DNA from: Hormiphora californensis | Taxonomy: Eukaryota > Animalia > Ctenophora | Direction of reading: 5' to 3' | Assembly: GCA_020137815.1 (NCBI GenBank) | Contig: CM035359.1 | Location: forward strand, 6,510,001 to 6,574,000 | DNA length: 64,000 bases | Shown: positions 51,960 to 64,000 of the stretch, piece after piece | Layout: the number at the start of each line of letters is the position of its first letter | Position numbering within the stretch: position 1 is the first letter of the stretch | Made by a program: the position numbers and the translations under genes | The notes under the pieces: model-generated | The model's input: only the letters and a program-made list of their open reading frames with translations | Databases searched by the model: none | Told to the model about the DNA's origin: nothing

Positions 51960-53680
51960 GTAATCATCTAAAAAACTCACACACATACCCCTAACGAGCC
52001 ACGCCGGGACTTTGAAACCCGAAACCCAAAAGTTTGTTTTCCACTCCGAACTTTACGTAACGCGCGGAGTAGAGCGTGTGAGGGAAGTTCTCTCGCAACA
52101 CTCCGTGGAAGGTGCGCGCGCACGTTGGAGTGGGAGGATTGAGTCGATTGATTCACCGCCCTCACCGGTCACCCACTGCAATTCAGGGGCCAGAATGGAA
52201 TGTGGGATAGGGTATACGAATAGTCCATTTGCTCATCAACCACGAAACGAGCAGACATATACACCAAACCCAACGACCTGGAATCAGTTTTTAAAACTAA
52301 ACTAACAAATAAACCCAATGTCCCGCGGCCGGTCCGTAATTGAGCCGTATTACAACTCCATACAGTGCTGACTATGAGTCAAATACCTGTAATGAAAATC
52401 CAGTAAGACGCGCCCCAGGTAAAGTGCCGCCAAAAACGTGGTGTCACTCGAAAAGCCGTCGCGACCTGACCCGAAATACTGGAACTTTGGAAAAGGAATC
52501 AAATTATTACAAAGGAAACCTGAATTAGTGCAGATCATCGTCACTCGTTTGTGGAACGCTATTTAGCGCCGATTGGTAAGTTGGGTACTCTGACGTATCT
52601 TGTTATTTCATACGATTTTCCACAAACATCCAAGTTGATATTTTACACGGTAGATTTCAACACTTTCCTGCATCCATATCCATGCCAAATTTCAATTACA
52701 GTTCCACACATAATCTACGCAACAGTGAATTTATTCCAAAAGCTGCCATCGACACATCCACGATGTCGAAAGAGACTAGTAAAAGAATCAAATTGTTATA
52801 GAGACACACTATGTATAGCATTTTTAATTTCGCGAATTATTAGACCTAGTCAGAGTACTCGAGTATTTAGGTCACGAGACTAAAACATCAGGACCAGTAT
52901 TTCTGATTCGTCGGTTCTATTTTTCAATCTTTATCATGTCATTGACCAAATGGCAAATTATATTACACTTTTCACACCCTACTAATTAGGGCTGGTTTAA
53001 CAGTGTAAACAGTTCATTCACACTGACAATACATGCACAGATTTCCTATTGATTTGTTTGATATATGATTGAATGTAAATAGATTTAATTTCAGTTTTTA
53101 TAGGTAGCATTTTTGTTTACATTTTCCCACATCTTTAAAAAGGGCCAGTTTTGGCAGAATATGCAATTGGAATGGTTATAATTTATATACAAGTGTAATA
53201 AATTTAAAATGCTAAAACTCGTCGGTATTTCTATATATGGTAGAATAATGTCAGTGGTTCATATTACGATGGAACTTTAACTCAGGACTATGTATTTAAA
53301 TATCAAAACTGTGGGAAAATAAGTTCCGATTAGCTGCTAAGGTTTTCGCCCGGTCTTATATATCATGTATTTAACTCCAGCTAGATTATCTGTCCGTCTA
53401 TGTTAGTTTCTACAACTTTTTTAATAACTATTGGTCAACAGGGGATCAACATTAACAATATAGCAACCCAAATATAGAGCACTACTAGGAGAAAAAAAAC
53501 CGTGGTGTGATCAGCACACATCGTAGTTAGCTACCACACAACAAAGTTCCTAGTAAATAGCCTCCTATCATGATAATATCAGCAGCTCAGTCTCTCAATC
53601 ACTCTGACCATCTCTCTCTCTCTCTCTCTCTCTCCAGATCTATCAACATTAGAACAATATTAGAACTAATCCGCTCTGCT

Positions 53681-60796
<7,116 letters not shown>

Positions 60797-60797
60797 C

Positions 60798-60822
60798 CTG
60801 AAAAGAAAAAAATCGTCAGTTG
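60798..60822 (-). promoter_or_regulatory. 3' splice acceptor one base upstream of the kleisin ATG (probable SL trans-splice site)
   Basis: Minus strand reads CTGACGA-T-rich tract-CTTTTCAG|G ATG. Confidence 0.6.
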
Positions 60823-60904
60823 AAAAAATTGGGAGGCTCGATTGCCTCCGCGGGTGAGAGATTAGCAGGTGGTGGATGGTTTAACTTCAACAACGGACAA
60901 ATCA

Positions 60905-60942
60905 CAAACTTTTCAACACTACTTTAAACAAATTAATTTGAG
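60905..60942 (+). other. Spliced-leader exon sequence (38 nt, 5'-truncated) at the head of a LINE
   Basis: CAAACTTTTCAACACTACTTTAAACAAATTAATTTGAG, identical to 38260-38297. Confidence 0.85.
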
Positions 60943-61113
60943 GTGATGGCATTTAGCAAATAAAGTTACGGGGGAGGTGACGAACCCGTAACACAAGCGA
61001 ACCTATCTGACGAGAGACCCGATATCGATAGTCTCTGATAAGTCGACATCGATAGTCGTGAAGAAACACCCAGAGTGATAACCGACATCGATAGTCGTGT
61101 GGTGAATCCGATA

Positions 61114-62640
61114 ATGATGTCATCGCAAATTCCGAAGAGTTCGAAAAACCTTCAAGAATACAAGAGGAATGAGAAGCTAACAAGTGTCTTCGTCATATCT
61201 AAACTGGTAACAAACGCGGCTGCGACGCACCCTCTTGCTAAAAAAGCATTTGAAGCCTACGAACTTGGCGCCACCGCGGTAACCAACATCACCAACTTCA
61301 AAAAACTTGATGTGTCTGAGATTGAGAGCGCCGCTGAGTACCTTGGGTTCAAAGTAAGAAATACAACCCCTGACAACAAAAGGCTGTATAAAAACCGAAC
61401 CACTCTCGCTCACCGCGTTATCCTGAAAATTGAGAGCTTATTTCCTGCGTTCTGTCGGGAATGCGACTCGACCTACCAACCGCAACTAAATGACTCTCCC
61501 CCTCTCATCTGCTGGACCTGCTACAAACCCTCCCATAACTGCTCCAAACTCATAGAAAGTGCAGCAGCTATCGAGACTGTGAAGGATATTTCGGGATTCA
61601 AATGGATGTGTTTTGCGTGTACCGACAAGACCAGCCTGTCCCTGAAAAAAATGATAACTTTGGCCAATGTTGATACAGGAGAGAAGGCTTCAAACCCTCC
61701 CAAAGGTGCGACCCAAGACACGACCCAGGACACGGAGCACCAGAAGGAAGCTAAAAACACCCTCGACGAGGAAATGAAAGATGATGGGGAATGGGAGATA
61801 GACATATCGTCCAGCACTCTATATCACTCTCAGATCGAAGGAGACGGTGAAGAGGTTGAGAAAGACGAAGAGGTTGAGAAAGACGATGAACCAAAGAGGA
61901 AGGAAATCCAGGGAAAGTGCAAGTACTACAAAAAAGGGAAATGCCGGCACGGAGAAAAAGGTGACATAATTGTTGAAGGAAAAACCTGCCCTTATCTTCA
62001 TGATGGAAAACCCACCGCTGAACCGACTGATCAGGAAAATTGTAAATTCTTCGTCCAGTTCGGAAGATGCAGACATGGCACTAACGGAAAGAGGAGAATT
62101 AGAGGTAAGATCTGTCTCTACAAACACCCGAAAATCTGCAACAAGTTTAGAAGGGGTGGGTATGGAAAAAATGGTTGCAATGCAGGCTCAAAATGCGAGA
62201 ACCTTCACCCGAAATTATGCAGAGGATCTACCTCGCCTGATAAAACATGCCCAAACCCTACTGGTTGCAAATTCTTCCACATCTCTGGGACCCGCTTCAC
62301 TCCAAAAGTGCCACCGGGAGAAAATAAGCGAGAGGAAATTCAACATAACGCAACCAAAACTGGTTATACTGCTGGCAAAGCCCCGACATACGCAGATACT
62401 ACTTCCTCTGCAGCGCAGGAAAACCAGGACTCGCAGCAGGATTTTTACAAAACCCTGGTCAAGGAAATGAGACAAGGTTTCCTGGACCAGGCCCAGAGTA
62501 TCCAACTTCTCGCCAGATCCCTGTCAATGGTAGGACTTCAAGGCTCACCTGGACCCGGGATAAACATGGACCCACTAAAGCTACCACTGGGAATGGGCAT
62601 GACACAAGGGTTACTCCACCCTTCTCAAAGATCTTTCTAA
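61114..62640 (+). CDS. LINE ORF1 protein with a PHD-like finger and tandem CCCH zinc fingers, ~508 aa
   Basis: FCRECDS..ICWTCYKPSHNC..WMCFAC, then four C-x-C-x-C-x3-H-type fingers (CKYYKKGKCRHG..CPYLH, CKFFVQFGRCRHG..CLYKH, CNKF..C..CENLH, CRGS..C..CKFFH). Confidence 0.85.
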   Translation: MMSSQIPKSSKNLQEYKRNEKLTSVFVISKLVTNAAATHPLAKKAFEAYELGATAVTNITNFKKLDVSEIESAAEYLGFKVRNTTPDNKRLYKNRTTLAHRVILKIESLFPAFCRECDSTYQPQLNDSPPLICWTCYKPSHNCSKLIESAAAIETVKDISGFKWMCFACTDKTSLSLKKMITLANVDTGEKASNPPKGATQDTTQDTEHQKEAKNTLDEEMKDDGEWEIDISSSTLYHSQIEGDGEEVEKDEEVEKDDEPKRKEIQGKCKYYKKGKCRHGEKGDIIVEGKTCPYLHDGKPTAEPTDQENCKFFVQFGRCRHGTNGKRRIRGKICLYKHPKICNKFRRGGYGKNGCNAGSKCENLHPKLCRGSTSPDKTCPNPTGCKFFHISGTRFTPKVPPGENKREEIQHNATKTGYTAGKAPTYADTTSSAAQENQDSQQDFYKTLVKEMRQGFLDQAQSIQLLARSLSMVGLQGSPGPGINMDPLKLPLGMGMTQGLLHPSQRSF

Positions 62641-64000
62641 TCAATTGTAGATCAATTTCCCCAGCTGCAGGCGGTGAAACAAAATGGAAGCTACCTTACA
62701 TCCGTGAGATGTTTATGTCCCCTTCCCCAGGGGAACCACCCACCGTCGCAGTTGGAATAACAGAAACTTGGCTGAAATCGTAATTCCAAAGCTCAAAATT
62801 CTGTCCTGGGGTTTTAACTTTGTCAGATCAATAGGAAAATAAAGTGGGTGGAGGTTGCTTCTTTATTTAAAAAAGTTGACATTCAAAAGTCATCATGGAT
62901 GACAAACCAAAAGAGTGTACGTGGCATAGCGGAAAGAAAATCTATTATGGCCCGCCTTTTCCGACCCCCCATGCAGCACCCACTCCTTTTCTGATGCGTG
63001 AATCATTCAAAAGGGAAATTGACTATCACTGAAGGAAAAAGCAAGTACCCCCGGGTCACTTTATGGGTGATTTTTAACCTCCCTAACTGGACTGGGAAAA
63101 GAGCGATTTCTGAATCAACTGGGAAAAGGGTTTAAGGACCTTACCCCCAAAAAATTGGACCTGATAAACGAAAATTTTTTTTTCCCGATGACGATAATCA
63201 ACCAGGGGAGAAAAATTCTTGATATTTTGTTAAAACCCAAAACTCCGGGTATTTCACTCGAGTGATAACCTCCGAAACCAAATATGGACCACAAAATTGT
63301 AGAATGTGAATTTTCTACACCGTACAACCAAAAATGCAAGTGAAGAAGAAACAGACCCTTTTTTTTGACGATACGGATTCCCCCGATCTGTTACTTTTCC
63401 CAATGAAAACCAGGGTTTTTGATATTGACGGGACAAACCGAAAAGAGTTTATTGAAGCAGGAGAACAACTGGGAAAAAATTTAAAATGGTGTATTCAGGT
63501 ATACTGGGAAATTTCAAGGAAAACCCACTCTAAGAAAAAATTTTGTAAGGCGACCGAGACAAAGATCACGGAGAAGTTCAGAAGAAGAGCAAGAAAAATT
63601 AGAAAACGCCTACAGAATGATGACGAGGAGATGAGCTTTAGACAGAGGGTTTTTACGGTTAGGAGCTTGTCAATTGAGGAAAAAATGAAAAAAAACATGA
63701 TAGAAAAATCAAGCCAACGGGGAAGCTAAAGCAGTGGGTGCTATCAAGGAAATCCTCGCACTTCTTTTCTTTCGCTAAAAAGCTATCAAAAACAAAACAC
63801 CATAGCACCTCTCGGGAAAAAAAGGTTTAACACAACGCGGAGTGGTGAAAAAGGGACAAATACTACAAAAAACTTCACGAGTTTTTTTGAACCCGAAAAT
63901 GCGAAATGGAACCAGCCAGGCATAATAAACCCTGATACGAGCTCTACCTTGAGGACTTTTATTCACACCCGAAAGTGAAAAAAGCACTTGGCGAAATAAA
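62620..64000 (+). pseudogene. LINE ORF2 (AP endonuclease and linker), frame-broken; the breaks are probably consensus errors
   Basis: VAVGITETWLK (~62745-62780), GGG (~62845), MGDF.N (~63063), ILDILL (~63215) and DHKIV (~63287). Sequence beyond ~62780 is homopolymer-corrupted. Confidence 0.7.

Larger units (their letters stand above)
60905..64000 (+). mobile_element. APE-type LINE (CR1/L2-group-like), 5'-complete, runs off the window
   Basis: SL head, ~170-nt 5' UTR, ORF1, then APE motifs. Confidence 0.85.

Noticed and set aside
60905-61010. SL RNA gene (SL exon followed by GT)
   Set aside because: The SL lacks its 5' bases, I see no clear Sm-binding site, upstream sequence is not shared with the other copy, and it leads directly into LINE ORF1. 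Not fully excluded without the species' SL RNA sequence.

Overview
This is eukaryotic genomic DNA, most likely from a pleurobrachiid ctenophore (Pleurobrachia/Hormiphora-like). The evidence is a 38-43 nt sequence that I recognise from memory as the ctenophore spliced leader (SL), plus compact GT-AG introns with CTAAC branch points. Minus-strand genes: a complete ~34-exon CBP/p300 acetyltransferase (882-21868), an orphan Gln-rich gene (~24321-27968), a STARD10/PCTP-like lipid-transfer gene (29500-36054) and a Rec8/Rad21-family kleisin (53681-60796). On the plus strand, an Ig/FN3 single-pass receptor gene (~41.3-52 kb) is mostly obscured by homopolymer-corrupted sequence. Most striking, two unrelated non-LTR retroelements both begin with the same 38-nt SL exon: an ORF1-only 1.2 kb element at 38255-39456 and a PHD/CCCH-ORF1 + APE LINE from 60905. 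This suggests they transpose through trans-spliced mRNA and may regenerate their 5' end by trans-splicing. A second pattern is that many CBP introns carry minisatellites whose repeat unit is a copy of the adjacent splice site (branch point + pyrimidine tract + AG, or exon end + GT). Several MITE families, a foldback element, a decayed CRE-like retroelement and abundant (GA)n microsatellites are also present. All coordinates were read by eye and may be off by a few bases.
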